From positions 248,001 to 312,000 of IMG/VR virus record IMGVR_UViG_3300049793_000366: a stretch of 64,000 nucleotides of DNA, one strand, 5' to 3'. How positions within the stretch are numbered: the first letter of the stretch is position 1; each line of letters starts with the position of its first letter. Below, in pieces: positions 1-8,549 of this stretch. The notes beneath the pieces were generated by a model. The model was not told the origin of the DNA, did no database searches, and saw only the letters and a program-made list of their open reading frames with translations. The translations under genes and the position numbers were made by a program.

Positions 1-812
1 GATTGATGTGCCTCATCACAAGCTACTGTATGAAACTGTTTAAAGAATTCTTTTGGCCATTTCTCTAATGATTGATAGCATCCAATATAAATATTAGGAT
101 CACTAACGCCAGAATATTTACGTGGCTTATCAGACATTATCTCTTCTATCCTAAGGTCACATACTGGATATTTACTATCGTTTATTATAGCGTCTATTTT
201 AGAGTCTCTAACGGCTTGCATATTATTCTCACCATAATTGTATTCCATAATATTATCATAGAATTGTGTAACAAGTGATATAGACGGAACAATAATTAAT
301 ATTTTAGCATTTGGGTCAATCTTATGAAGTGTGTATAGAATAACAATTGATATTACTAATGATTTACCACCTGATGTAGCAACCTCAGCCATACAGTACC
401 TATTCTTCATTATCTTATAGGCAGTTTCTATCTGGTAGTCATATGGTGTGAATGACTTCCACTCATTTGTTTTCTTATCTAAAACTTTGTGATTTTTGAA
501 AAATTCAGTACAAAATTCTTGCACTGATTCGAGTGTGATATCTCTATTAAGCGGGAAGTCTTTTTTATTTTCAATGTCGAATTTAACACCTATTTCCTTA
601 GCAGCTAATAAGCATTCCTTCCATAATCCGAGATTAACCTTACCGGCATCGAAGTATGTTATATTACCATCCCACACGCCCATCTTAACAGCGGGCATGA
701 ATTTCCAACCTTTGGGTTTTCTCGTCAACCAAATATCCAACTGGTGGTACTCGATTCTTGTTGCTGACGATAAGATTAATTTTTCTTTTTCTGCATCATA
801 TCTGAATATCAT
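1..812 (-). CDS. uvsW: UvsW-like SF2 DNA helicase, N-terminal part (runs off the window start)
   Basis: Not in the ORF track; translated by hand from ATG at 812: MIFRYDAEKEK...GVWDG...PYDYQ (Q motif)...ATSGGKS (Walker A)...IIVPSISLVTQ (Ia)...CDEAHQ (Walker B). Confidence 0.9.
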   Translation of the reverse strand, partial: MIFRYDAEKEKLILSSATRIEYHQLDIWLTRKPKGWKFMPAVKMGVWDGNITYFDAGKVNLGLWKECLLAAKEIGVKFDIENKKDFPLNRDITLESVQEFCTEFFKNHKVLDKKTNEWKSFTPYDYQIETAYKIMKNRYCMAEVATSGGKSLVISIVILYTLHKIDPNAKILIIVPSISLVTQFYDNIMEYNYGENNMQAVRDSKIDAIINDSKYPVCDLRIEEIMSDKPRKYSGVSDPNIYIGCYQSLEKWPKEFFKQFHTVACDEAHQ

Positions 813-820
813 TAAGTTAC

Positions 821-847
821 TTATATCATTTTAAGTATATATTGTTT
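821..847 (-). promoter_or_regulatory. Putative phage middle promoter (AAAC-N16-GATATAA) for uvsW
   Basis: Matches the RAAC-N15/16-nnTAnAA motif recurring upstream of replication genes. Confidence 0.6.
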
Positions 848-909
848 TTGTTCAGTTTTATACGAGGGAGAAGACTATTACGGATATATAAAAGAAAAAT
901 CTAAAAATC

Positions 910-1305
910 ATGGAATTTTTAAAGAAAATAGCGAAATGGTGGAACGAAGACGTTAGAGGAAAAAAATGCACGGATGCTACGAAGTGTACCGAAAGTACAA
1001 CTTGTTGTGCTGAAGTTAAGTTAGAAGCTCCTGTTGCTGAAACTCAAGTTGTTGAAGAAATCAAAACTGGGTTACCTATCGAGAATTATATTCCACAGGT
1101 AGAAGATGAGGCTAAGGAAGTTATCACGATGTCTCCTGTTTCTGTAACTGAAACACCGGCTGCTGAGAATGAATTATCTCCTGCTGAGAAAGTAGAAAAG
1201 AAGAAATCAGCTTCTCCTGCTAAAGCACCAGCTAAAAAGAAGAAGCCTTCTAATAAGAATAAGGCTAAGAAATCCCCTACACCTAAGAAGCCAAAAGCAG
1301 AATAA
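910..1305 (+). CDS. Hypothetical protein with acidic middle and Lys/Pro-rich histone-like tail
   Basis: ORF; low-complexity KKKK/PAK tail; GATATATA at 883-890. Confidence 0.65.
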   Translation: MEFLKKIAKWWNEDVRGKKCTDATKCTESTTCCAEVKLEAPVAETQVVEEIKTGLPIENYIPQVEDEAKEVITMSPVSVTETPAAENELSPAEKVEKKKSASPAKAPAKKKKPSNKNKAKKSPTPKKPKAE

Positions 1306-2793
1306 TTACTCTGCTTCTGCTTCGGCGGTAGGTTCTGGTACAGGAACTTCCTCAACGGAAGTTTCCATGTCCGGGCTCAATGCTGTTTCTAACGTTGTTA
1401 GTGCGGTATCTAACCAAGTAGATGCTCTACTTCTCCTTCGAGTAGTTCTTGCTGGTCGAGCTTGTTCTTGAGACCTTTCATATTCTATCTCATTAGTTCT
1501 TTGCTCAAGGTAGCTTGTCATTATTGATATGATATCACTACGCTCGTGTATGGTTCTATAATGATTATTTAAGATGTCAATAATCTCACCTTCAGTGATG
1601 ATTTTATTTTCAATCTTTTCCAATTCTTCTTTAACAACCTTATCACGATTTTTGATAGCATCAAGTCTTTGATTTATCAATTCTCGGTCATTGAATTCTT
1701 CGAAGTTTTCATTGAAAATGTAATCATCAAATTCTCTGATGAATTCAGAATCATCACGCAATAAATAACAATCATTTATAGAAGACCAGTATAAATTGCA
1801 CTCTGCTGTATTAAACGGTTCTTCTTTGGATTTATAGTGAAGATTTTTCAGCAAATCTTTATGCTCATAGGCATCTGTTAGACTATCTACACCCAATGAT
1901 CCTGCGTATCGATTAACAGAACCATCACCAGAGATAAGAACTTTAATGTTGTTCTCGTTATCTGGTTTGTAGTTGAATAACTCACCAGTCTCAGTATTTA
2001 TCCATTTGAACGTATCAACATATGGATAGTATTCAAATGAGAAATTCTTAAGCTTAAGTGAAAGTTTTTGACGAACTTGTTTACCATTTGATTCTAAATG
2101 ATAAGTCCAGTTCCAATTCTGTTTGGCTTTGTATAGAAACCCATTCTTATTAGCCCATTGTTTGAAGTAATAAGACCACTGTTCATCATTGATAGTGTAA
2201 ATTCTATCCATGACCTTATGTGATTCTAATTCCCACAATAACGCTCTACCAATTAACTTATCATCAGAGTCGAGAGCTATTAGCATTTTAACTGACTCTG
2301 GATTCTGTGTGTATAGTTCTAAGAATTTACCACAACCATCGTGCTTCATACAAGACTGTCCTAATGTACCAGCCTGGTCAGCATATGATGTATAGTGATA
2401 GAATTCCGGGATTTCATCGCCAGAAACAACCTTGAATTGTAAGTCTCTTTGTCCTACTACTGAACGTAATAGGTTTGAAAACTTTTCAACTTCTCTGTTA
2501 TCGAAGCAGTTGAAAATTTTATTTACGAACGAACCATATTTTGTATGGTATCGCGATGGTGATGTCCAAACATCTTCATCATTCTTCTGAATCTTCTCAA
2601 CACGTTCTGGTGTTAAGTATGATATTTTATACGGGTCGTCATTAGAGATAGATAAAAAATCAATATGATTTTCTACTAATCTACTCGCATCTATATTCTG
2701 AGAAGCGAGTAGGGCGGCAATCGGTGAATCTTCTTTTATTTGCTCTAAGTAGCGGTGAAAAGAATCAGAAATGTAAATGTGCTTAGACTTCAT
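1306..2793 (-). CDS. Conserved jumbo-phage hypothetical protein (SCM / GRALLW / MDRIY / YPYxDT motifs)
   Basis: Long ORF; start moved to ATG 2793 because the track TTG lies inside the -7 promoter box. Confidence 0.75.
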   Translation of the reverse strand: MKSKHIYISDSFHRYLEQIKEDSPIAALLASQNIDASRLVENHIDFLSISNDDPYKISYLTPERVEKIQKNDEDVWTSPSRYHTKYGSFVNKIFNCFDNREVEKFSNLLRSVVGQRDLQFKVVSGDEIPEFYHYTSYADQAGTLGQSCMKHDGCGKFLELYTQNPESVKMLIALDSDDKLIGRALLWELESHKVMDRIYTINDEQWSYYFKQWANKNGFLYKAKQNWNWTYHLESNGKQVRQKLSLKLKNFSFEYYPYVDTFKWINTETGELFNYKPDNENNIKVLISGDGSVNRYAGSLGVDSLTDAYEHKDLLKNLHYKSKEEPFNTAECNLYWSSINDCYLLRDDSEFIREFDDYIFNENFEEFNDRELINQRLDAIKNRDKVVKEELEKIENKIITEGEIIDILNNHYRTIHERSDIISIMTSYLEQRTNEIEYERSQEQARPARTTRRRSRASTWLDTALTTLETALSPDMETSVEEVPVPEPTAEAEAE

Positions 2794-2799
2794 ATTTGA

Positions 2800-2831
2800 C
2801 AAATGTATATAATTTAATCCTAATTACCAAA
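2800..2831 (-). promoter_or_regulatory. Bacteroidota sigma-A type early promoter TTTG-N20-TACATTTG
   Basis: -33/-7 consensus with 20 nt spacer, 6 nt before the ATG. Confidence 0.8.
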
Positions 2832-2833
2832 TT

Positions 2834-3178
2834 TTACGGACATAAAACTGGTTCAAATTTTCCCTCAATGACTGCTCCCTTCTCTACTGATAGCTGAGAA
2901 GCGGATATTGTTCCTTTTATTTTAGCTGTTGATTTTACCACTAAAAGTCCTGAAACACAGATAGTTCCGTCAAATAGTCCGGAAATCTCTGCTTCGCCAC
3001 TTTTTAGTGATCCTTCGTAACTACCTGATTTACCGATGGTTGACTTTCCGACTATATCGGCTTTCCCGATGAATGACCCGTCCAGTCTTATATTTTCCCC
3101 AGTTAACTCACCACTAATGTGTGTACCTTCACCGAAGATGTTTACTGAGATATTTTTTGATGTTGCTTTTGTGAACAT
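2834..3178 (-). CDS. Bactofilin (CcmA / polymer-forming cytoskeletal family)
   Basis: Beta-helix Gly/hydrophobic pattern IFGEGTHISGEL...IRLDG...IKGTISASQLSVEKGAVIEG. Confidence 0.85.
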   Translation of the reverse strand: MFTKATSKNISVNIFGEGTHISGELTGENIRLDGSFIGKADIVGKSTIGKSGSYEGSLKSGEAEISGLFDGTICVSGLLVVKSTAKIKGTISASQLSVEKGAVIEGKFEPVLCP

Positions 3179-3190
3179 ATTTTTTGGTTT

Positions 3191-3655
3191 TTATTCTGAA
3201 AATGTTAATATTCTAACTTCTTTATTGTGGTGTAGTTTCTTGATTAAGAAATACAATTCTTTACCATTTTTCGTTAAGTCCTTGAAGTCAGCATACCATA
3301 GGGTATAGTCACGCTTCTCAAAGATTGCATCAATCCATCCAACACAAATTGCTGTTTGCATGGGTACTGATTCTTGGTTTTCCTCATGCGGGAAATATAG
3401 TTTGTCATATTGTTGGTATTGTTTTTCTAAATCAAGAATATCATCTACCTCACTTATATTTTTACTAATTGGTCTGGACATAACATCGTCTGATACAAAT
3501 GTACCAACACGATTGACATGAATATTTGCTGTCTCTGTCCATCTGTCTTTTGCGTTGAGTGTATCAAAAGCACATATGTATATCATGGTTCGACCTTGGT
3601 CAACCCTGTTTATAGACGGATTATTCACTGGGAATTTTACAAAGCCGTTATTCAT
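3191..3655 (-). CDS. Hypothetical protein
   Basis: ORF in a tightly packed minus-strand operon. Confidence 0.7.
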   Translation of the reverse strand: MNNGFVKFPVNNPSINRVDQGRTMIYICAFDTLNAKDRWTETANIHVNRVGTFVSDDVMSRPISKNISEVDDILDLEKQYQQYDKLYFPHEENQESVPMQTAICVGWIDAIFEKRDYTLWYADFKDLTKNGKELYFLIKKLHHNKEVRILTFSE

Positions 3656-3902
3656 CTACGACTTTTTTAATTAATTCATCGCGCTTATCACTCTTATAAG
3701 TTTTTTCATCATAAACTTCAATAATGAATCCATCTATTGTGAATTCACTAGCCCAGCAATCCCAGGTTTTATATTGTGGATGCTCGTTGAGTGCCAATTT
3801 CTTGGCTTTGTCTTCACTTTCTGCTACATAAGTAAATGATGGTAATGATTGGTGCCACCCGCCATCATTAAATGTAACTTTCCAAATTTTCAGTGCGCTC
3901 AT
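3648..3902 (-). CDS. Hypothetical protein with C-terminal R-tag (KRDELIKKVV)
   Basis: Overlapping operon ORF; shared motif. Confidence 0.7.
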   Translation of the reverse strand: MSALKIWKVTFNDGGWHQSLPSFTYVAESEDKAKKLALNEHPQYKTWDCWASEFTIDGFIIEVYDEKTYKSDKRDELIKKVVDE

Positions 3903-4303
3903 GTTATTATATTTAGAATCTTGTTATCTCTTAAATCCGTATATCCCTTAAAGCAGAATAGGTCTATTCTAATGATAACCTGTGAAAATCCATAATACAA
4001 GCTATCGACTATTCTCTGTACTGGTACACTCGTTGTTCCGTTCTTTCTCGTAATGGGACCAGATATTATCTCTAAGTAACAATTGAGTTCATCTGTCCAA
4101 TCTCCAACTTCATCTATCTCGTATTTGTGAAAAGGTTTAAGTTTGCTGTATGCGTTCTTAAAGTTTTCTCTATCTTCTTCGTCATTGAATCTATTGATGT
4201 GATACTCTGTGAACCACTTATCTATAAATTCGATATCATTTATCTTTTCATTGAAGATGATGTATTTACCGTCAAATATGTAATCATTCGGATTAATCAC
4301 CAT
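3899..4303 (-). CDS. Hypothetical protein with C-terminal R-tag (LRDNKILNII)
   Basis: Overlapping operon ORF; shared motif. Confidence 0.7.
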   Translation of the reverse strand: MVINPNDYIFDGKYIIFNEKINDIEFIDKWFTEYHINRFNDEEDRENFKNAYSKLKPFHKYEIDEVGDWTDELNCYLEIISGPITRKNGTTSVPVQRIVDSLYYGFSQVIIRIDLFCFKGYTDLRDNKILNIIT

Positions 4304-4685
4304 CTTCTTTATTTAAAATATCACCAAGTCTTTTATCTCTCATGTATTGATTGGCATTGTTAAACCATTCAATACTTCTACTTTCTACCCAAGCTTCGTT
4401 CTTACCTTTACAGTGTATTGTAGAAAGACAATCATTCTCATTTGATGATGTATTTGGATATACCTTAACTATTCTTACTTTAGTGTGTGTACCAGCTATT
4501 TGTAGTTCTTCTACTTCGATGTAACCCTTTGAGCTATATCCACTGACGTTTATGATACCAAATCTACCAGTACCTCTTTCTTCCCATAAAGTCTTAACGA
4601 ATTGAATCTTCTGTTTAGTCATTAGACTCCAGACGATAAATCCGCCAAAGACTGCTCCGCATATGATATAAATAATTTCGGTCAT
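4293..4685 (-). CDS. Membrane-anchored hypothetical protein with C-terminal R-tag (MRDKRLGDIL)
   Basis: N-terminal hydrophobic helix; first gene after an early promoter. Confidence 0.75.
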   Translation of the reverse strand: MTEIIYIICGAVFGGFIVWSLMTKQKIQFVKTLWEERGTGRFGIINVSGYSSKGYIEVEELQIAGTHTKVRIVKVYPNTSSNENDCLSTIHCKGKNEAWVESRSIEWFNNANQYMRDKRLGDILNKEDGD

Positions 4686-4693
4686 ATTTTAAA

Positions 4694-4725
4694 CAAAGAT
4701 AATCTAATTATTGGACTTTTCCAAA
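4694..4725 (-). promoter_or_regulatory. Bacteroidota sigma-A type early promoter TTTG-N20-TATCTTTG
   Basis: Consensus -33/-7 boxes, 20 nt spacer. Confidence 0.8.
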
Positions 4726-5988
4726 TGTTTTTTCTAATCTATTATTAAATATGGACTCAATTTCGGACTTCCACTTCTTAGGAAATACAATAGAATCGTG
4801 AATTGTAAACAACTTAACATCCGGATATTTGGTCATTATTTCTTTAATTACCTCATTGAAAATAAACTGAGACTCAGCACGTTGAAGCTCGTGAGCTAAA
4901 GTACGGTGGTTCTTATTAAGATTCTTATAAGTCTTGATGAAATCGTGGATGGTTGGGAAGACTTTATGGAATAAATTATCTTCTTTTGCTTTTCTGTGGT
5001 TAGTTCCAAAGAAAACCTTGTAAATCAGAGTTTTAACTTCTTTCTTATCTTTAATACCCAAGCAATCCATCAAATGTTGATATAATAATCCTTCGTGTGT
5101 TAAAAATTTAAATAGTTCGTATTCCCTTGAGCTTATTACTAAGTTAAGCTCGTGAGCATCAATAATTTTGGTTAGAAATAACGGTTGTGAGTTTGAAATA
5201 TCTACTTCACAAACTTCTTCACCATCTATCATAAGATGCGTCTTTCTAATATATGATTTGAGTCTGGTAAAGTTTGTATGAAATCTACCATATTCATCAA
5301 AATGATAATGTATGTGTTTTTCGTGAATACAATCTATTGCATATCGGTTACTGTTATAAACATCAATATCCCTTCTTAATTTATCAACATAGTCATCAGC
5401 TTGTTCTTTATCAATTGATATGTAGAATAAATCATTTACTAATTTCTCCTGTATATGTTTCTCAATATTAGACTCAATGGTATCGTTCTCATTAGATACA
5501 TTGATTTTATATTTCTTAAGTAATGTACTATCGTAGTTTTTAAATCGCTTGCTTGTGCCTACAAATAGCTCTGGTGATAATTCAAATGTTTTACAACGTG
5601 AGCGTTGCTTACAATAATTGTGTATTAGTTTCAATACACCACTTTGATTTAGGTATTCGAGATAGTGATTATAGTCAGTGCCATATTTTTCTCTTAGAAT
5701 TTCAGATGAAAGTCTTATGGCTAATTTCTTTTCGTAGTAATATTTGAACATCAAACCACTTGTGATGTCTATTAGATATGAAACTTTTAGTCGAACTTCT
5801 TTGTCAATCTGAGCTTTCTTTTTCCTTGAGTATATACTTCGTTTTAAGAAGACATATTTCTGTGACGAAATAGATTCAAGTTGTGGTGGTAATAATTGTA
5901 ATAAGTACTTTTTGCTTTTTAATTTATTCTTTGTGTCTAAAGCATGAGCGGATGTTTTTACTGTTGGTCTTTCAAGTTCGAGTAGCAT
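4708..5988 (-). CDS. Minimal family-A polymerase-fold protein with no exonuclease domain
   Basis: GRFHT, EVDISNSQP (motif A), KTLIYKVFFG (motif B-like), LQRAES, IHDSI (motif C); start set at ATG 5988, downstream of the promoter. Confidence 0.65.
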   Translation of the reverse strand: MLLELERPTVKTSAHALDTKNKLKSKKYLLQLLPPQLESISSQKYVFLKRSIYSRKKKAQIDKEVRLKVSYLIDITSGLMFKYYYEKKLAIRLSSEILREKYGTDYNHYLEYLNQSGVLKLIHNYCKQRSRCKTFELSPELFVGTSKRFKNYDSTLLKKYKINVSNENDTIESNIEKHIQEKLVNDLFYISIDKEQADDYVDKLRRDIDVYNSNRYAIDCIHEKHIHYHFDEYGRFHTNFTRLKSYIRKTHLMIDGEEVCEVDISNSQPLFLTKIIDAHELNLVISSREYELFKFLTHEGLLYQHLMDCLGIKDKKEVKTLIYKVFFGTNHRKAKEDNLFHKVFPTIHDFIKTYKNLNKNHRTLAHELQRAESQFIFNEVIKEIMTKYPDVKLFTIHDSIVFPKKWKSEIESIFNNRLEKTFGKVQ

Positions 5989-6011
5989 TAAAATTGATAA
6001 TTCTTTTTTAG

Positions 6012-6038
6012 TTCTATGTAAAAAAGAAATCAAAGTTC
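6012..6038 (-). promoter_or_regulatory. Putative middle promoter GAAC-N16-CATAGAA
   Basis: Recurring motif. Confidence 0.6.
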
Positions 6039-6058
6039 ATACAACATCATGATATATT

Positions 6059-6250
6059 TTAACCTAATAAATCATCTATTTTAGAGTCACGTTTCATCAT
6101 TTTTTCAATCATTTGGTATTCCTTGATTAGTCTGGTTTCTTCCGCTGCATAGTCTATGTATTTGAAGTTTTTTAAATCTTCAATCATCTCCGGTGTCCAT
6201 ACTGCGTTGACTTTAAAGGTACCAACCATACCATTCTCATCGACACTCAT
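6059..6250 (-). CDS. Small protein: gp23-like major capsid fragment plus C-terminal R-tag
   Basis: KVNAVWTPEMIEDL...ID.AAE resembles the gp23-family KLKA.WT/S.ELAQDL...DAEAEL segment; ends KRDSKIDDLLG. Confidence 0.65.
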   Translation of the reverse strand: MSVDENGMVGTFKVNAVWTPEMIEDLKNFKYIDYAAEETRLIKEYQMIEKMMKRDSKIDDLLG

Positions 6251-7593
6251 TATTGTTGAAATCCTTTTTCTTCACCACCTAATTTATCATCTTCCATATC
6301 CTCCATACCCTCTTTTCCTGGTACGCCTTTTTTCTTCTTATCCTGTGGTGTTTGAAACTCTCTATATACATCTGGGTAAACATTATCCTCAGCATCTACA
6401 TCATATTTTATTTCGAAGAAATCCCCGAAATCAAGTAATCCTGATTTAGCAAGTGTTACTTCGGTGTGCTTTCTTAAAGATAAATCGATAATCTGTGATA
6501 TTTTATCAACGAATGCATTAAATAAACCAATTGTAGAATCGTTAAATACACCGATTGGTTTCTTTCTTTTTTTGTTGAATGAACCCAAAATAACTTTAAA
6601 TAAATATTCAATCTTAGGGTCTTCTATAAGTAAATCTTTTGTAACCTTATTCTTAATTAACTCTACGTTAATCTTGAATTTTTCCTTATCAAAGAAATCT
6701 GGAATAGAGAACTGAAATTCTAAAATATCATCCTTAGCATCTGACATATACATATTGAATAATTTTGAAATCAATGATATATAAGCGGTATCTCTTCTTG
6801 TTTCTTTTATCTTAACATCATCTACGTTTATAGATTGACAGTAATTCATAAAGTTCAATAAGATTAGAGAATATACTTCAACAAACTCAGTAGTGTTTGT
6901 ATCAGATATACGTCTGTATAATGGATTGAATATCTCGAATGATAAATCCTTGTCTTGTAATCTGATGATAATCTTCTCAGTATTTTGCTGAAAGTCATCC
7001 ATCAAGAAAGAATTCTTAGAATATGGGTTAAGTAGCTTATAGAAGAAAAACGCAAAGTTCTTTTCACCAAAAACATATTCTAAATCATCAGGAGATGTAT
7101 TTATGAAGTATTTTATAGCTTGTACTTGGTCTTGCCCTAAATTACCCTGAAATATAACTGGTAAGTGGTCTACATCAAATAAGCGAGAAAACTCAATAAG
7201 CTCATCAAGTGAGTAATCAAATTTGTTACCTTTACACATACCCGTCAACACTAAGCCATTTTTTGGCATACGCTGATATTGAATATTTGCTGGTTGATTA
7301 TCTGGGAAGTATTCGAATATGAACCACCATTTCTTTGGCATTAGTGATTTAACTCTATCATCAAATTTATTGAAATAGTCAAGAGCCGCATTATAGAAGT
7401 TCTGTAATGCTAGATCAATCTGATTAATTGGTTCTGACCCAAGAGATTTTGGTTTTATTCTGAACTGAGAGCCATCCCAGTTGACATATATTTTAGATCC
7501 TTGTACATCTTCATATACAATTATTTCATTCTCGAAAAGCTCATTTAAAAGCTGTTTATCACTATCGTGATTAAGGGTTATAAGTTTACTCAT
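6250..7593 (-). CDS. RNA-ligase (Rnl2)-like fold protein, catalytic Lys apparently absent
   Basis: YEDVQGS in place of EKxDG; FIFEYF, LPVIFQG, EKIIIR; late motif at 7622-7629. Confidence 0.45.
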   Translation of the reverse strand: MSKLITLNHDSDKQLLNELFENEIIVYEDVQGSKIYVNWDGSQFRIKPKSLGSEPINQIDLALQNFYNAALDYFNKFDDRVKSLMPKKWWFIFEYFPDNQPANIQYQRMPKNGLVLTGMCKGNKFDYSLDELIEFSRLFDVDHLPVIFQGNLGQDQVQAIKYFINTSPDDLEYVFGEKNFAFFFYKLLNPYSKNSFLMDDFQQNTEKIIIRLQDKDLSFEIFNPLYRRISDTNTTEFVEVYSLILLNFMNYCQSINVDDVKIKETRRDTAYISLISKLFNMYMSDAKDDILEFQFSIPDFFDKEKFKINVELIKNKVTKDLLIEDPKIEYLFKVILGSFNKKRKKPIGVFNDSTIGLFNAFVDKISQIIDLSLRKHTEVTLAKSGLLDFGDFFEIKYDVDAEDNVYPDVYREFQTPQDKKKKGVPGKEGMEDMEDDKLGGEEKGFQQ

Positions 7594-7621
7594 AAGTATT
7601 TACGTTTTTTATACTATATGG

Positions 7622-7665
7622 TATATATTAAATTTTGGTTTTGTTCAAACAATATTTAATATATA
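7622..7665. promoter_or_regulatory. Divergent pair of putative late promoters (AATATATA)
   Basis: AATATATA on minus at 7622-7629 and on plus at 7658-7665. Confidence 0.6.
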
Positions 7666-7669
7666 CATC

Positions 7670-8032
7670 ATGGGTAAGGAAATTAAGAAGTTTAAGGAAT
7701 ACAGTAACCTGTCATCAGACGCGGAATCTGAGACTTTTGACATGGATGGAAATAAAATTTCGGGTCCACTTGAGATAGAGTCAATAATTGACGTATTTAC
7801 TGACCCTTCTGAAATCCCAGGAGTTAGCGAATCCGCATCTGGTATTAGTTTCAATACGGATCTCTCTGTTAAAGAGGTTAAAAGAGGTGATAATATTTGG
7901 ATAACTGCTCTTTTGAGAAAACCAGGTACAACATCGTTCAATTCCCCAGCCGTACAAGGTGTTATAAAAGTTAGAGTTGTTGATATATACTACGGATTGC
8001 AATACTTAAATAAAGTAATTAATAATGGCTAA
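7670..8032 (+). CDS. Late protein with N-terminal capsid-targeting-like sequence
   Basis: Starts MGKEIKKFKEY; late motif 4 nt upstream. Confidence 0.7.
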   Translation: MGKEIKKFKEYSNLSSDAESETFDMDGNKISGPLEIESIIDVFTDPSEIPGVSESASGISFNTDLSVKEVKRGDNIWITALLRKPGTTSFNSPAVQGVIKVRVVDIYYGLQYLNKVINNG

Positions 8033-8549
8033 GAAAATACACGGTAAACAATTATTAGATAATACTATCGTGAAAACGATAAATGGTGTGACTTATTCAC
8101 ACCAAGGTATTACGTCATCTAATGACAGTAATGTTACTCTTAGTATTGTATCTGGTCAGACACATTCATTTAATCTTGGTTGGACTGGTGTATTACCAGT
8201 TAGTAGGGGTGGTTTGAGTAATTCAACATTCACTGCTTCACAGATTTTGATTATTGATTCAATGACATCATCTGTTATTAGTTCTGGTTATCTTTTTAAT
8301 GATGCTGGAACATCTGCTTTTGATGTGTGGTCAGCAAATAAGATAATTTCTTATACATCAATGATAAGTGGTTCTGGTTTATCAGCATCGTTAGCAGTTG
8401 GTAATAATGCTGGAACATATTCGATTGATATGAACCAAAATAAGATAATGAATGTAGCAACTGGTTCAAATAGATTAGACGCGACTAACTACGGTCAAAT
8501 GTATGATATGAGTGTTGAGATGTTAAAAATAATAAGCCTAAGAGTATGA
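8025..8549 (+). CDS. Virion or tail-fibre-associated protein
   Basis: Ser/Thr/Gly-rich; LPVSRGG, WSANKI and NVATG..DATNYGQ fibre motifs. Confidence 0.65.
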   Translation: MAKKIHGKQLLDNTIVKTINGVTYSHQGITSSNDSNVTLSIVSGQTHSFNLGWTGVLPVSRGGLSNSTFTASQILIIDSMTSSVISSGYLFNDAGTSAFDVWSANKIISYTSMISGSGLSASLAVGNNAGTYSIDMNQNKIMNVATGSNRLDATNYGQMYDMSVEMLKIISLRV

